Part shown: in pieces, positions 50,046 to 63,270 of the stretch
Layout: the number at the start of each line of letters is the position of its first letter
Numbering within the stretch: position 1 is the stretch's first letter
From: Octopus sinensis
Lineage: Eukaryota
Reading direction: 5' to 3'
Assembly (NCBI RefSeq): GCF_006345805.1
Contig: NC_043019.1
Span: 28,271,360 to 28,335,359, forward strand
Length of the DNA: 64,000 nucleotides
The notes under the pieces: generated by a model
Seen by the model: only the letters and a program-made list of their open reading frames with translations
Databases searched by the model: none
Told to the model about the DNA's origin: nothing
Program-made: the position numbers and the translations under genes

Positions 50046-52765
50046 ATAGCAAAAAAGATTAAATGCAGCCAGTTCTGTTCATTAGTTTGCCTGTAACCAT
50101 TACTCTTGAGCTGTAAATGCAACTATTTTTTGCTTTGCTCAGGAGCCCAGGTGGAGGGTAAAGTTACACACAGGAGTCCAGCTCTGAGAGGGTTAATTTC
50201 TGTCTGATATAATAATCATGGTGTGTGAAGGCACATGGCTCAGCGGTTAGAGCATGTGGCTCACAATCATGAGGTAGTGAGTTCAATTCCCAGACCAAGC
50301 TGTGTGTTGTGTTTTTTGAGCAAGACACTTGATTTCATGATGCTTCAGTTCACTCAGCTGTAGAAACTAGTTGTGACATCACTGGTGCCAAGCTGCATCG
50401 GCCCCTTTGCCTTTCCCTTGGATAACACCAGTGGTGTGGAGAAGGGAGACTGGGGTGCCTGGGCAACTGCTGGTCTTCCATAAACAACATTGCCCGGACT
50501 TGTGCCTTGGAGGAGAACTTTCTAGGTGCAATCCCATGGTCATTCATGACCAAAGGGGGTCTTTACCCTTTAACCTTTTAGTGTTTAAACTGGCCATATC
50601 CAGCCAAAATATTCTACCTGTTTTGTGTCCAAACTAGTCAGATATGGTCATTCATAGCTACCTTATTGTGTCATTTTAAAAATAAACAATCACATCATTG
50701 AAATCTCAAAGCCATGAAATGATGCAAGATTAATTTTACATGGTGTGAATACATAAGCTTTACATTTGGCAGAACAATCTGAATGGTGAAGGGTTAATCA
50801 TGGTGAAAAATTCTCAGGATTTTCCTCAAATACTTAATACTTTGATTCAACTGAAGCCATTGCCGACATTTTTCTTTAAAAAGTGTGATAATGATGATTC
50901 TCAAAATCATCAAGAAAATGAACGTTCACCATAGCAACGAGACTCAATATTAATGCAAACTGGAACCAATCCAAAATATTGATTTAACAATCCAATTTGT
51001 CAGATTATCACTATACAGAAATAATTATAGTTGGACATGTCTCTAGTTACTATGCTGTTTGTCAGGCGACTTCCATTGTGACATGTCTGTGTTATGAAGC
51101 TTTCATCAGGGTTTCATTATGTTTTACTATTGTTATAATTCATCATCCTCATCCTCATCGTTTAACGTCCACTTTCCATGCTGGCATGGGTTAGACAATT
51201 CTGTTGTCTTATCTTTAGAGCAGCAGTCCCCTACCCTTTCCAGTTTCGTGCAGGACAATTTTTCCAGACCTGGGCATCACACACATAACAAATCACAATA
51301 AAGTGCTTAATATATGATTTAATTGTTACATATATGTTTCTTTATTACCCCCAAGGGGCTAAACATAGAGGGGACAAACAAGGACAGACAAACGAATTAA
51401 GTCGATTACTTCGACCCCAGTGCGTAACTGGTACTTAATTTATCGACCTCAAAAGGATGAAAGGCAAAGTTGACCTCGGCGGAATTTGAACCCAGAATGT
51501 AACGGCAGACGAAATACAGCTACGGATTTCGTCCGGTGTGCTAACGTTTCTGCCAGCTCGCCGCCTTCTTTTTTGCGTGGAGCTTAGGTGTTTTTGCTCA
51601 TAAACACACACATCGCCCGGCCTGAGATTCGAACCCGCGATCCCTCGACCGCGAGTCCGCTGCTCTAACCACTAGGCCATGTGCCTCCACATTATTATTG
51701 CATATATAATACATGAAGGTGCATGGCTTAGTGGTTAGAGTATTCAGCTCATGGTCGTAAGGTCATGAGTTCAATTCCTGGCAGCGCATTGTGTCCTTGA
51801 GCAAGACACTTTATTTCCTATCGCTCCAGTCCCCTCAGCTGGCAAAAATTAGTTGTACCTGTAATTCGAAGGGCCATCCTTGTCACATTCTGTGTCATGC
51901 TGAATTCCCCTCAACATTATGTTAAGGATACACATGTCTGTGGAGTGCTCAGCCGTTTGTGTCTTAATTTCACAAGCTAGCTGTTCTGTTGATTGATTCA
52001 GTTTGAACCCTCGTCATCTTAGCTGACGAAGTGCCATTACTTATATAATACATATATATCACGTGATCACGTGACCGACCAGACTATCAGATGTTGCTAC
52101 ACATCGCTGGTCACAATGCGTTCGCATTGTTTTAGCCTTTGAATGACGCCACCCCGCTGGCTAAGTGAGCAGGCCAACAGAAGAAAGAGTGGTGAAAGAG
52201 TACAGCAGGGATCACCACCCCCTGCCGGTGTTTTCGCTCAATAAACACACACAACGCCCGGTCTGGGAATTGAAACCACGATCCTACGACCGCGAGTCCG
52301 CTGCCCTAACCACTGGGCCATTGCGCCTCCAATACATATATATATAACATGTATATAATGTAAAGACACCCTGCAGACTGTGAGAGTTAATAAAATAGAA
52401 ATCAAATTTTTTAAGTCATTCTTTCTGTGTGGCCTACTACCAAACGATCCATGGTGTGGTCAATTGCTTGACCTTAACCAGTTGAGCATGTCCTTTAGTG
52501 GCTGACAATATGTGCATCTCTAATCATGAGCAGAAGTAGTGGGGGAACATCATAGCTATGTATTGAAATATAACAAAAACAAAATTTGAAGAAAATATTA
52601 GCCATTTTTCATACTTTTTAGGGGAAAGCAAATAAGAAATAACAGTTGTTATCAAAACAGAAAAAAATCATGTTAAACAGTGTAATAGCTGCCTATTTTA
52701 TTGCTGAGTATATTATTTATGCAACGTGTTTGTTTTGTTTTTTTTCTTTGATGAGGAAACTTTTA

Positions 52766-53173
52766 GGATCTTTTCGGTTTGAACAGCAGTTTTTAACATA
52801 ATTTCTAAGTAACTAAAAAATTTTTAACTTTGTATACTGATAGAATGTGTTTATAAAACATCTTTTTCTCTTGGTTTTATTGAGAAAATTCTATAGTTTG
52901 TAAGATATTTGTTGCTTTTTCATCAATTTCTGCAATTTCAACCAATCGGTGACGTCTATTGAGTTAAAAACCATTTTGTGCCGTATGAATATGTCCCTCG
53001 TTTAAGAAACAGATTGGGTTTATTTACATTTGTGAAGAAAAAAAGATACCCTTCCCCCACCCCTAACCCTAAAACAGATTGAAATGCAATAGATCGATTC
53101 TAGGGTCATAATTATGGGTGACAATTTCATATGACACTGCTAGAAAAAACTGCTGTACAAACCGAAAAGATCC
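52766..53173. mobile_element. MITE with GGATC-starting 29-bp TIRs and 8-bp TSD (AACTTTTA), Merlin-like
   Basis: ggatcttttcggtttgaacagcagttttt ... aaaaactgctgtacaaaccgaaaagatcc. Identical AACTTTTA at 52758-52765 and 53174-53181. Confidence 0.85.
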
Positions 53174-53228
53174 AACTTTTAGATATAAATATATAGTTAA
53201 ACCTGCTGTATCTTTGCTTGTATTACAG

Positions 53229-53672
53229 AGAGGAGAGCTGGCTAGTGAACGTACTAAAGACAAAGAACTGAAAAGTGCTCTTCGGAATGCAGAAAAAATG
53301 TTTAAAGAACTGAGTATTTTAGATGAAGCTGATAAAGCATTGAAAAAAAACCAAAATGCTAACGGATCTGCTGCAGTTCCGATTGGAAACTCTCACCAAA
53401 CAGGTGCAATGATCTCACCTACTGAATCTGATAAAGTTTTACTCTCTGTGAGTTCCGTTAGCTCCAGATCTGCTCCGTTGGTCGAGGAAGAACCGACTGG
53501 AGTAAGTGATAATGAAGACGACGACTACATAAACTGTTCAAAAAAAGAAGAAATTTTCAACAACTGTCAAATTAACGACATCAAACATGATGATTATGAA
53601 AAAAACAGTGAAAGCAATGCAACCGACTTAATGAGCGACAAACTGTCCTTGAATGAAGGTGAAATAAGATAA
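53229..53672 (+). CDS. Ankyrin-repeat protein, terminal coding exon 8 (RGELASERTKDKELK...LNEGEIR*): capping helix, short helical segment and acidic, probably disordered tail
   Basis: tctttgcttgtattacag acceptor, phase 0. It is the 147-aa 3' part of the 53118-53672 ORF. RGELA follows exon 7 like a C-cap (G.TA..A). Stop TAA at 53670-53672 with AATAAA just downstream. Confidence 0.82.
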   Translation, partial: RGELASERTKDKELKSALRNAEKMFKELSILDEADKALKKNQNANGSAAVPIGNSHQTGAMISPTESDKVLLSVSSVSSRSAPLVEEEPTGVSDNEDDDYINCSKKEEIFNNCQINDIKHDDYEKNSESNATDLMSDKLSLNEGEIR

Positions 53673-53673
53673 A

Positions 53674-53723
53674 AATAAAAAATACAAATGACAAAAAATA
53701 AAATTATTTAAAAAAAAAATAAA
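53674..53723 (+). terminator. Candidate polyadenylation signals (AATAAA cluster) after the stop codon
   Basis: AATAAA at 53674 and further copies near 53697 and 53718. The region is very A-rich, so the signal actually used is unknown. Confidence 0.35.
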
Positions 53724-54390
53724 GCTGTGCAATGGAACCTTCTCACAACACTAAGTTATAATATACACAACAAAAGTGTGTATATAGATATAAATTTGCC
53801 ACTTTCTTAACAATAGTGAGTGGTAATGTTTTTAAATTCAAACATTTTATCTTTTGAAGCATGGCATGGCTTTCTGAGCTGTTAACCACAGAATTTCTTT
53901 TTTTTTTGTAACACATGATGTTGACAGTTTGAAAATTCATTCCATCAGTGTTAATAAAATGATTAATCATCTAACATTAATTTAAGGCATATGTCAGTTA
54001 TTTTTCTCTTTGGAAAGGTAAGAAGGAATAGGGCTTATTCACAACTGTTTGTTTTAGAGTTTATGAAGGCGTCTTCAACGAACTTCAACAATGTTTTTTG
54101 TTTTTTTTTTATTGCTTTTTTCCCCCCTTAAATTTCGAATTAAAGTCAATATGTATATAAAAAAAGAAATTTTCTACAGGTTTATTTATAATTAATTTAT
54201 AATTAAAAAAGTTTTTTTTATTTGTTTCAGTCATTTGACTGTGGCCATGCTGGAGCACTGCCTTTAGTCGAAACAAATCGACCCCGGGACTTATTCTTTT
54301 TAAGTCTAATACTTATTCTATCGGTCTCTTTTGCCGAACTGCTAAGTTACGGGGACGTAAACAAACACAGACATACAAACATATATATAT

Positions 54391-54453
<63 letters not shown>

Positions 54454-54667
54454 CAAAATCAGAAAATGGAGGAATACATCTAAATCATTAATCAACTACC
54501 AGATAATACCCAATCACATACTTTATTGAACCACTACATAAGAACATTAAGGTTAAACATAAAAATATATAACAAAACAGCGTACATGAATGAGTAATAC
54601 AATACAATAGGTACAATATATATATATATATGCTAGCATGGAGAACGGACGTTAAACGACGATGATG

Positions 54668-54702
<35 letters not shown>

Positions 54703-55876
54703 TACAACGGGCTTCTTTCAGTTTCCGTCTACCAAATTCACTCGCAAGGCTTTGGTCGGCCTGAGGTGCCACACAGTGGGACTGAACCCATAACCGTGTG
54801 GTTCGTAAGCAAGTTACTTGTAACAAAGCCACTCCTGCGCCTGAAAGTGAAACACTGCAATCATCATTATCATCGTCATTTAACATCCTCTTTTCCATGC
54901 TTGCATGGGTCAGACTGAGGTCATCATCATCATTCTTTAATGTCTGTTTTCCTTGCTGGCATTGATTGACAGTGTTCACTCACAGCAAGTTTTTTCATGC
55001 CTGGATGCCCCTCCTATTATCAACCCCCACCTGTTTCTAAGCAAGGTCAGACATGTGTTTTTTGCAATAGACTGGAAATGAATGACACTGCTTGTATGAC
55101 AGTGGCAATCATTTACAACACTTTCATGCAATGTCAAGGCAAGGAAACACAAGAGCACAGACACACACACACACATATATAATAAATCATGGGGTTTACA
55201 GTCAAGGGAGTTAGATGGCCACATGTTAGAGGTGATGTGGTAACCGCTAAGTTACGGGGACTTAAACACACCAGCATTGGTTGTCAAACCATGTTGGGGG
55301 GACAAACACAGACACACAAACATACACACACACACATATATATACGCATATATACGATGGGCTTCTTTCAGTTTCCATCTACCAAATCCACTCACAAGGC
55401 TTTGGTCGGCCCAAGGCTATAGTAGAAGACACTTGCCCAAGGTGCCACGCACATCTCTTGGGTATGTTACCATAAGGATATGTTCTGGCACCTCATCATT
55501 ACTGATTTAACCTGTTTGAGCCCCTGCTCCCAGCATCTTATGTCCCCCCATATAAAATATGAAGTAGCCATGAATCTCCTCCTCAGTACATATATTTGGC
55601 CATTGTCTCTCTATAACTTCTGCCTATATATATATGTATGTATGTATGCATATATATATGTATGTGTTTCTGTGTCTGTGTTTGTACCCCCCAACATCAC
55701 TGGACAACCGATGCTGGTGTGTTTACGTCCCTGTCACTTAGCGGTTCGGCAAAAGAGACCGATAGAATAAGTACTGGGCTTACAAAGAATAAGTCCCGGG
55801 GTCGATTTTCTCGACTAAAGGCGGTGCTCCAGCATGGCCGCAATCAAATGACTGAAACATGTAAAAGAGTAAAAGA

Positions 55877-55928
<52 letters not shown>

Positions 55929-57320
55929 AACCCGGAAGTTGTTTGCAAACATCAGCAGTAATTTTCTTCAGCTGAATACATGTCATTGATTGGTTAAAAT
56001 TACCCAAATACGACAACTTTAAAGCAAAATAATTTCTAAAACACGAAATTTTGTCAAAAAAGTTAAGAGTAAACCCAGCTCTATGTGACACATTCTACCA
56101 GCGTCCGAAATTTCAAAGTGTTTAATTAAAAAAAAAGTTAATTAAAACGTCTGGCCGTCAAATTGAATAGATCCAAACCCTTTTGGTTAGAATAAAATCA
56201 AAGGCTGCCATTGAGATTCGAACCCACATAATTCTATTTATAGATTTGTGTGTGTGCCACGAAATATACTATTCCAGAAAAGAATATCTTTACAAACATA
56301 CAGTAGTAACGAACAGTAAGAACGTGCACTCGACACCGCATTGGTGGATAAATATATCTTCATTTGTGGATTTCCTTCATTAGTTCAGGCTTCATCCTTT
56401 CCAATTGAAATTTTTCAAATGTCCCATTTGTAAAATGGTCGTAACATCTCTGTTTTGGATTTGGTTGCACGAGATATCACGAAACTTTAAACTAAATTTG
56501 GTGGCGCAAAATACAAAATAAAATAGGTAAAGGGAGGTAATTATCCGGAGATGATTGGCAGTTGTTGCTTCCCTTGCGTTACTATTAATCTTGAAAACGC
56601 TGAAATATCAGTGCGTTCTTACACCTGCTGCCCACTGTTTGAGGGACGCGTAATTGTATAGAAAATGTGTACGCATGCTCTGCGCAAATTGAAGTATTTT
56701 TAATAGGAACATAATAGAAGATAATTATAGTTGGTTCCCGAATAGAGGCTCTAGGATTTTCAACCATACGAATAACAACGTTAAGAGCACTCCACAAATA
56801 TATCATCATCGTCGTCGCTATCATTTAACATCTGCTTTCCATGATGGCATGGGTTGAAAAGTCCGACAGGAACTGACAAGTCAGATGGCGCGAAGCCCTG
56901 CTGTCTGCTTTGGCATGGTTTCTACAGCTGGACGTTCTTTGTAATGCCAACTAAATTACATAGTGTACTGGGTGGTTTTTATATGACACTAGCACTGGTT
57001 GAGGTCAGTAAGTAACTTGCAAGACAAGACCCCCCCCTCAAGTGAGAGGGGGGGAGTTGTATTGAGGGACAAAAAAAGGAGTCAAGCTGTGATCAACTTG
57101 GAGCTATAACTGAAGACCCAACAATGGAAATGAGTCTGAAACCATGTGATTGGGAAGCTGTGCCTTCATATATCTATCATATAAAATCCGTTCTTTGTGT
57201 GTGTCTGTGTAGGTGTGTGTGTGTGTACCTATTTGTTGTTTATACACCTGTCTTCGTCTTTTGTTTTTCTGTAAATAAATAAATAAGTTAACATAATATA
57301 ATGTCTAAAAGTTGATGAAC

Positions 57321-57855
57321 CACCATGCTGGTGAGACCCATATTGGAGTACAGGATTCAAGCCTCTTCTTATCTCCTCAAAGACATACATCATCTCGAAA
57401 GAGTCCAGAAGCTGGCTACCCGCATGGTTCTTGGTCTCAAGCATTTTTCTTATGAAGAAAGGCTGAAGACGCTCGACCTTTATTCTCTAGAAAAACGACG
57501 TCGCCGTGGTGATCTCATTCTTGCTCACAATATCATAAGCAGAAAGTGTAACCTCTCGAAAGAGCAGTTCTTCACTCCTGCTCCAGAGCGTCAGCTGCGG
57601 GGTCACTCCGAAAAGCTCTATCTGTGACGATTTCATCTCAATCGAAGGAGAGGGGCTTTCTCCGTCCGGGTTGCAGATCCGTGGAATAAGCTGCCGGACG
57701 AGATAGTGAAGATGCTGACGACCGCTCGGTTCAGAGTCTCTCTTGACCAGAAATGGCCTGAACTCTTTGCATGAACACCCTCCCTGTACATAGCTCCATG
57801 TCCCCCTACATGGCCTTCCTTTTTGCTTTTTGAGCCAAAAAATTAACTTAACTAA
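57321..57855 (+). mobile_element. CR1-type LINE 3' end (ORF2 C-terminus, 3' UTR and TAAC(T)-type tail)
   Basis: LVRPILEY...LERVQKLATRMV...YEERLKTLDLYSLEKRRRRGDLI...RGHSEKL, then FSVRVADPWNKLP, ending in aattaacttaact. Confidence 0.92.
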
Positions 57856-59029
57856 ATTAATGGTAAAATATATTTTTTTACCTTCACCCATTTAGTACAC
57901 TAGGTAATGTAATTGCAATGCAATAAAAAACACTTGTGTATTAATAATTGGGTATTCTACCAGCAGTATATTGGATAGATGTTCATAATGATGCATGTAA
58001 TGGTTGGTTGTATGCTTTGATGTTGCTGGTAAAAATGGGAAATGATGGATTGGGTAAGTGCAACTTTTAAGTCTATTTTCTGGAGATGAGTTTCAAGTTG
58101 GTTTATGTAGGTTTGAAGTTTTTATTCAACTACATCTTAGCTCATGCTTAGAGGATGATAACAGATAGTAAATAAAGCACTTATACGCACAAAGACAGAC
58201 AAATGAACAAGAAAGCAAATACTGTCATTTTTTACCTGAAGATATAGAAGCAGAAATGAAGGAACAAAATCTCTTAACCAGAAGGCAATCAGGTTCCTTT
58301 TCCATTAAATTTCTTTGAAATTTCTCTGCTAATTTGGTAGTTTTGTTAAGGTGGTGAGCTGGAAGAATTGTTAGCAGAATTAAACAAAATGCTTGGTGGC
58401 ATTTTGACTGTCTTTGCATTCTGAGTTTAAATTCCACTGAGGTCAACTTTGCTTTTCTTCTTTTTGGGGGTTTGATAAAATAAGTACCAGTTGAGTACTG
58501 GGGGGGTCGATGTAATCAACTTACTCCCTTCCCTGAAATTACTGGCCTTGTGTCAAAATTTCTTACCAATATGTACCTAAAGCCATGCAAACAGGAAACC
58601 TTCTACTCATGTTACTGACATGTCCAAAGGTGGCGAGCTGGCAGAACCATTAGCATGCCAGGCAAAATGCTTAGTGGTATTTCGTCTGCCGCTATGTTCT
58701 GAGTTCAAATTCTGCCGAGGTCGACTTTGCCTTTCATCCTTTCGGGGTCAATTAAATAAGTACCAGTTACGCACTGGAGTCGATATAATCGACTTAATCC
58801 GTTTGTCTGTCCTTGTTTGTCCTCTCTGTGTTTAGTCCCTTGTGGGTAGTAAAGAAATAGAAATAGGTATTTCGTCTGCCACTATGTTCTGAGTTCAAAT
58901 TTCGCTGAGGTCGACTTTGCCTTTCATCCTTTCCATGTTAATAAATTAAGTACCAGTGAAACACTGGGGTTGATGTAATTGACTTACCCCTCCCCCAAAA
59001 TTTCAGGCCTTGTTCCTAAAGTAGAAAGG

Positions 59030-59062
<33 letters not shown>

Positions 59063-59924
59063 ATCATAATCATTGTAAGGCAGCAAGCTGGCAGAATTGC
59101 TAGCACACTAGGCAAAATGCTTAGTGGCATTTCATCCATCTTTACATTCTGGGTTCAAATTCTGCTTCATCCTTTTTTGGGGTCAATAAAATAAGCACCA
59201 GTTGAGTACTGGGATCAATGTAATTGACTGACACTCTCCCCTGAAATTGCTGGCCTTGTGCCATAATTTGAAACCAGTTCATTAGCTTTAATCATTGGTT
59301 GCTTATCTACATTGTTTTATAATTTCATGTTGAAATCTTAGTAATTAAGATGCTCTAAGTCTATTTATGTGTAAGGTTCTTGTCCTTTATTACAAGGGCT
59401 CCACCTTTGTTAGCTTCTTTGACCCTTTAGCATTTAAGCTGGCCATATCTAGCCTAAACATTCTACCTGTTTAATGTTCAAACTGGCCAGATCCAGCCTC
59501 TTGTACTTATCCTACAATGTCATTCTTATAATAAACAATCACATCGTTGAAATCTCAAAGCCATGAGGTAATGCATGATTAATTAAAAACAATGTGAATT
59601 AATAAGCGTGACATTTGACAGAGCAATCTAAATGCCAAAGGGTTAAGGATTATTTCTGTAGACATTGATATATTTTGCTCTGGATTTTTAATGATGGATT
59701 TCACATTATTTGCTGGAATGTTTGAGTTTGCTGAGCTTTTCGAGCACGTTCTTTGTTTTTGTTTGTTTTTGGTTTCTTTTACAAGTGATGGATCTTCATA
59801 ATCCTTTTGTTGGAAGAATTCCCACAGATGACGTTTACAACAAAATCATCATCACTACCACTGCCGCCACCGCCGGCAGTTTGCACACATGCGTCGTACA
59901 ATCTACCTTTCACTCTGAGTGAGA

Positions 59925-60295
59925 CACCTTTGTCACCAGTAGGGGTAGAAGCTTTCTAAACTTTGCCCAGGCTATTCGTATTCTAGCGGTGACACTCTCT
60001 GAGCATCGACCTCCACTACTAATTTGGTCACCTAGGTAGTGGAAATTATCAACAACTTCTAGTTTCTTCCCCTGGAGTGTGATGGAATCTGTTTTCTGAG
60101 TATCTGTGGTGTCTATTGCCCCTGTCCATCTGCCACACACAAAAGCTATCTTCTCAGTTAATTTTCTTCAGATGTTGCTGCACCTCTTATGCATCCATAG
60201 CTTACACTGGGTACATCTTATGAGTTTCTACCTACACTTTTTCTACAGATCGAGCAGGGCCACCTACCTGATGGAGTGTATGATGAGCTTGCCTT
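59925..60295 (-). mobile_element. RTE-clade LINE fragment (Cys-rich PHD-like insert and post-RT region), frameshifted
   Basis: WPCSICRKSVGRNS/(I)RCTQCKLWMHKRC...FVCGRW, then LEVVDNFHYLGDQISSGG.CSESVTARIRIAWAKFRKLLPLL. Confidence 0.85.
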
Positions 60296-60477
60296 GAGCA
60301 GGGCCACCTTGAGGGAGAATTGGTTGTTATTTCTAGCAGGCTGAACGATCATGTAGTAACACTCTTTTTGGCTTCACATCAAAACAACTATGTTAAACAC
60401 ACATAAATACAAACGTACATATATACATACATAACATACATGGGTGCATGCATGCAAGCATACATACTTATTTATAT

Positions 60478-60510
<33 letters not shown>

Positions 60511-60949
60511 TGAGTAGCACTGGCATAGAGGATCCCTAAGTGAAACACATGGACATCAGCAGGAGCTTCTTGCCTAATCAGGAACATCATGCTCTCCTGA
60601 CTTACTCCAGGCCATAAATTTAATTTCTTGAGATAACTAATCATTTAAATTTGTTATCGTTGTAAGGCATAGACATAACTGTGTAGTTAAGAAGATTACT
60701 CCGTGGCAACATGTGACATCTGAGGCCAGTGTCTTTTATCATAGCACTGAGTTAATCAATAACCAATATCTTGTGGGTGCAAACGTGCAGAAGCCTATCA
60801 TGTATATCTTTTATCTTTTACTTATTAGACTGAGGTCATGCTGGAGCACTGCTTTGAAGAATTTTTTTTGTCAAATGAATCAATCCCAGTACTTGGTTTG
60901 TTTGTTAAGCCTGGTTTTTATTCTATTGATCACTTTTTGCCACCACCAC

Positions 60950-61844
60950 TTGACAGCCTTTGAGAAAGAGGGAAAAACCGCCTCGTCAAAACAAAACTCT
61001 GGAAGAAAACCAAAACATTCTGACAGGGACCATTGGATTCTTACGCAAATCATTAGAAAGGATCACAAAAGTACAGTTACCAAAATTACTGCAGAGCTTA
61101 CTGACCACCTCGAGAACACAGTTTCCACAAAAATTGTTCACCGGGAGCTGCACAAAGTAGGATTTCATGGGAGGGCTGCAATCAGAAAACCACTACTTTT
61201 AAAAACAAACATTGCAAAGCTCTTAGAGTGGAGTAAAAACCTACAGAATTAGTCCCTAGAGCTGTGGAAGAATGTTATTTTCTCAGACGAGTCATCCTTT
61301 ACCTTATTTCTGACCACCAGCTGAGTATACGTGTAGAGGCAGCCAAAAGAAGCATTTGACCCAGAATACCTTCTTCCAACTGTTAAACATGGAGGAGGAT
61401 CAGTGATGATGTGGAGGGGGGGGGGCAGAATTAATAGTCAAAACTATTTAAGCATTTTATCTGATCGAATTCATTCTATCGTTGCAGAACTGTTTCCAGA
61501 GGGAAATGCAATCTTTCAGGATGATAATGTACCAATTCATACAGCTAAAGTTGTTACTGAATGGTACGAAGAACATTCTAGTGAAGTTGAACATCTTATC
61601 TGGCCACCACAGTTCCCAGATCTCAATATTACTGAACATTTATGGTGTATTTTAGAAACACAAATAAGGAGTCAATATCCTCCACCATCATCACTACTAG
61701 AACTGGAGACTGTTTTAGTTGAAGAATGGACAAAAATTCCTCATAGAATTCAAGCTGTAATTACTGCCAAAGGCAGTCTTACCCCATATTAAAATTAATT
61801 TGTTTGAAATTTTAAGGTGTTTCCATTATTTTGTCCAACCCTTG
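60950..61844 (+). mobile_element. Tc1/mariner transposase pseudogene with 3' TIR, DD36E catalytic spacing
   Basis: SGRKPK (GRPR-like), GFHGRAAIRKPLL, VIFSDESSF, TVKHGGGSVMMW, FQDDNVPIH...WPPQFPDLNITEHLW. The 3' TIR ggtgtttccattattttgtccaacccttg is followed by TA. Several stop codons; the 5' end is missing. Confidence 0.93.
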
Positions 61845-62051
61845 TATACATATATACATATAAATATACACACACATGCACACACTACAGTACCAGGAGT
61901 CAGTTCACAGCACCATTACTTCAAAGAATTCCTGAAGAAGGGGTCCTAACTAGGAAATACTGAAACAGATGGTAAAAAAGCAAACCATTGGCTTGTATTA
62001 TTTTATTATAAATTATAAATTGTATTGTTTTGGCTTTACAAAAAATTAAAA

Positions 62052-62160
62052 ATTAAAAGCAACTACACACACACACACATGCACACACACACACACATGC
62101 ACACACACACACACACATGCACACACACACACACTCATACACACACACTCACATATATAT
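62052..62160. repeat. (CA)n-type microsatellite
   Basis: Read directly. Confidence 0.9.
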
Positions 62161-63226
62161 ATGATGAAGCTGTGTTTTTCAATAAATGCATTTTTTTCCT
62201 GCTGTTAAAAGTACATGCTATGGATAAAACATGTTTTCTCTCTGTGGCCAGAAAAGAAAACAAAAGAGAAAAATTAACCTAGTTTCAAATATCGACCTAG
62301 TTACAGCGTTTAAGCTTCAGAAAAACGGATCAGCCTAAATTTTATGTTTTATATCACATGGATCACTTTCCCTGGTCAGAAATGAAAAAACATTTTTAGC
62401 TATTTCATATTAAAATGTAGTACCTTTTCCCAATGGTGCTATAAATATATACATGTGGGGATGTCTATATAAATAGATATACCCATGTATATCTATTCAT
62501 ATATGGATACATATTCACTTCTAACTAACATTCTTAGCCTAGGTCTAATCAACATTTAAGAGAATGTATTTATTTTATATATAGTCCCCAAATCTCAATA
62601 TTATTGAGCATTTATGGTGCATTTATGGTAAGATCTGATTTGTTAATTAGCCACACGTTTTGTAATAGTTTCAGATATTTATATTGTTTAAGATTTTAGG
62701 TGATGGCATCTCAAAACTTCAATTTGTTGGCATCATTAAGGTTGAAACTGTCAGTGTCACTATAAACCAGTGGTATATAAAGCGCCCACAGACAAAATTT
62801 CAAATCTGTATGTAAAAAATTTACAAAGTTACAAGCAAATATTGTGGAGACCCCTCTTGAACCTGAATAATTCAAAATAATGTGAACAAATAAGCATTAC
62901 ATTTGACAGATTAATATGAACTCTAAAGATATATATATATATCTATATATATATATATATATATATAATCAAAATAAGCAACAAGAATGATTCCGGTAAT
63001 TTGGTATGATCGTTTCGTACTACATCATTTTATTAAATGTTGTAAATATTACAACAGATTTACGATGCTGAGTACTCATCAGCCAACTATAGAGGTTTTC
63101 CATTAATACAAAAATTTTCAAATCAAGTGGCAACATTATAGAGAAGGTAGATATATAGACAAAGATGTGGATTTAAATGTTAAGAACATATGAGGTAGTA
63201 GAGTCCACTGACTGACTAAAATCAGG

Positions 63227-63270
<44 letters not shown>

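Noticed and set aside
51590-51690. tRNA gene (also the heads at 21224, 50228, 51715 and 52332)
   Set aside because: A and B boxes are present, but there is no proper acceptor stem or anticodon loop and the sequence continues into SINE body.
53118-53228. N-terminal 37 aa of the 184-aa ORF as a standalone gene start
   Set aside because: It lies in a MITE TIR and intron. A good acceptor at 53228 makes the remainder the ankyrin gene's last exon.
58225-58340. Possible minus-strand exon ending in CAG|GTAAAA
   Set aside because: Weak acceptor, no recognisable protein and no partner exons.
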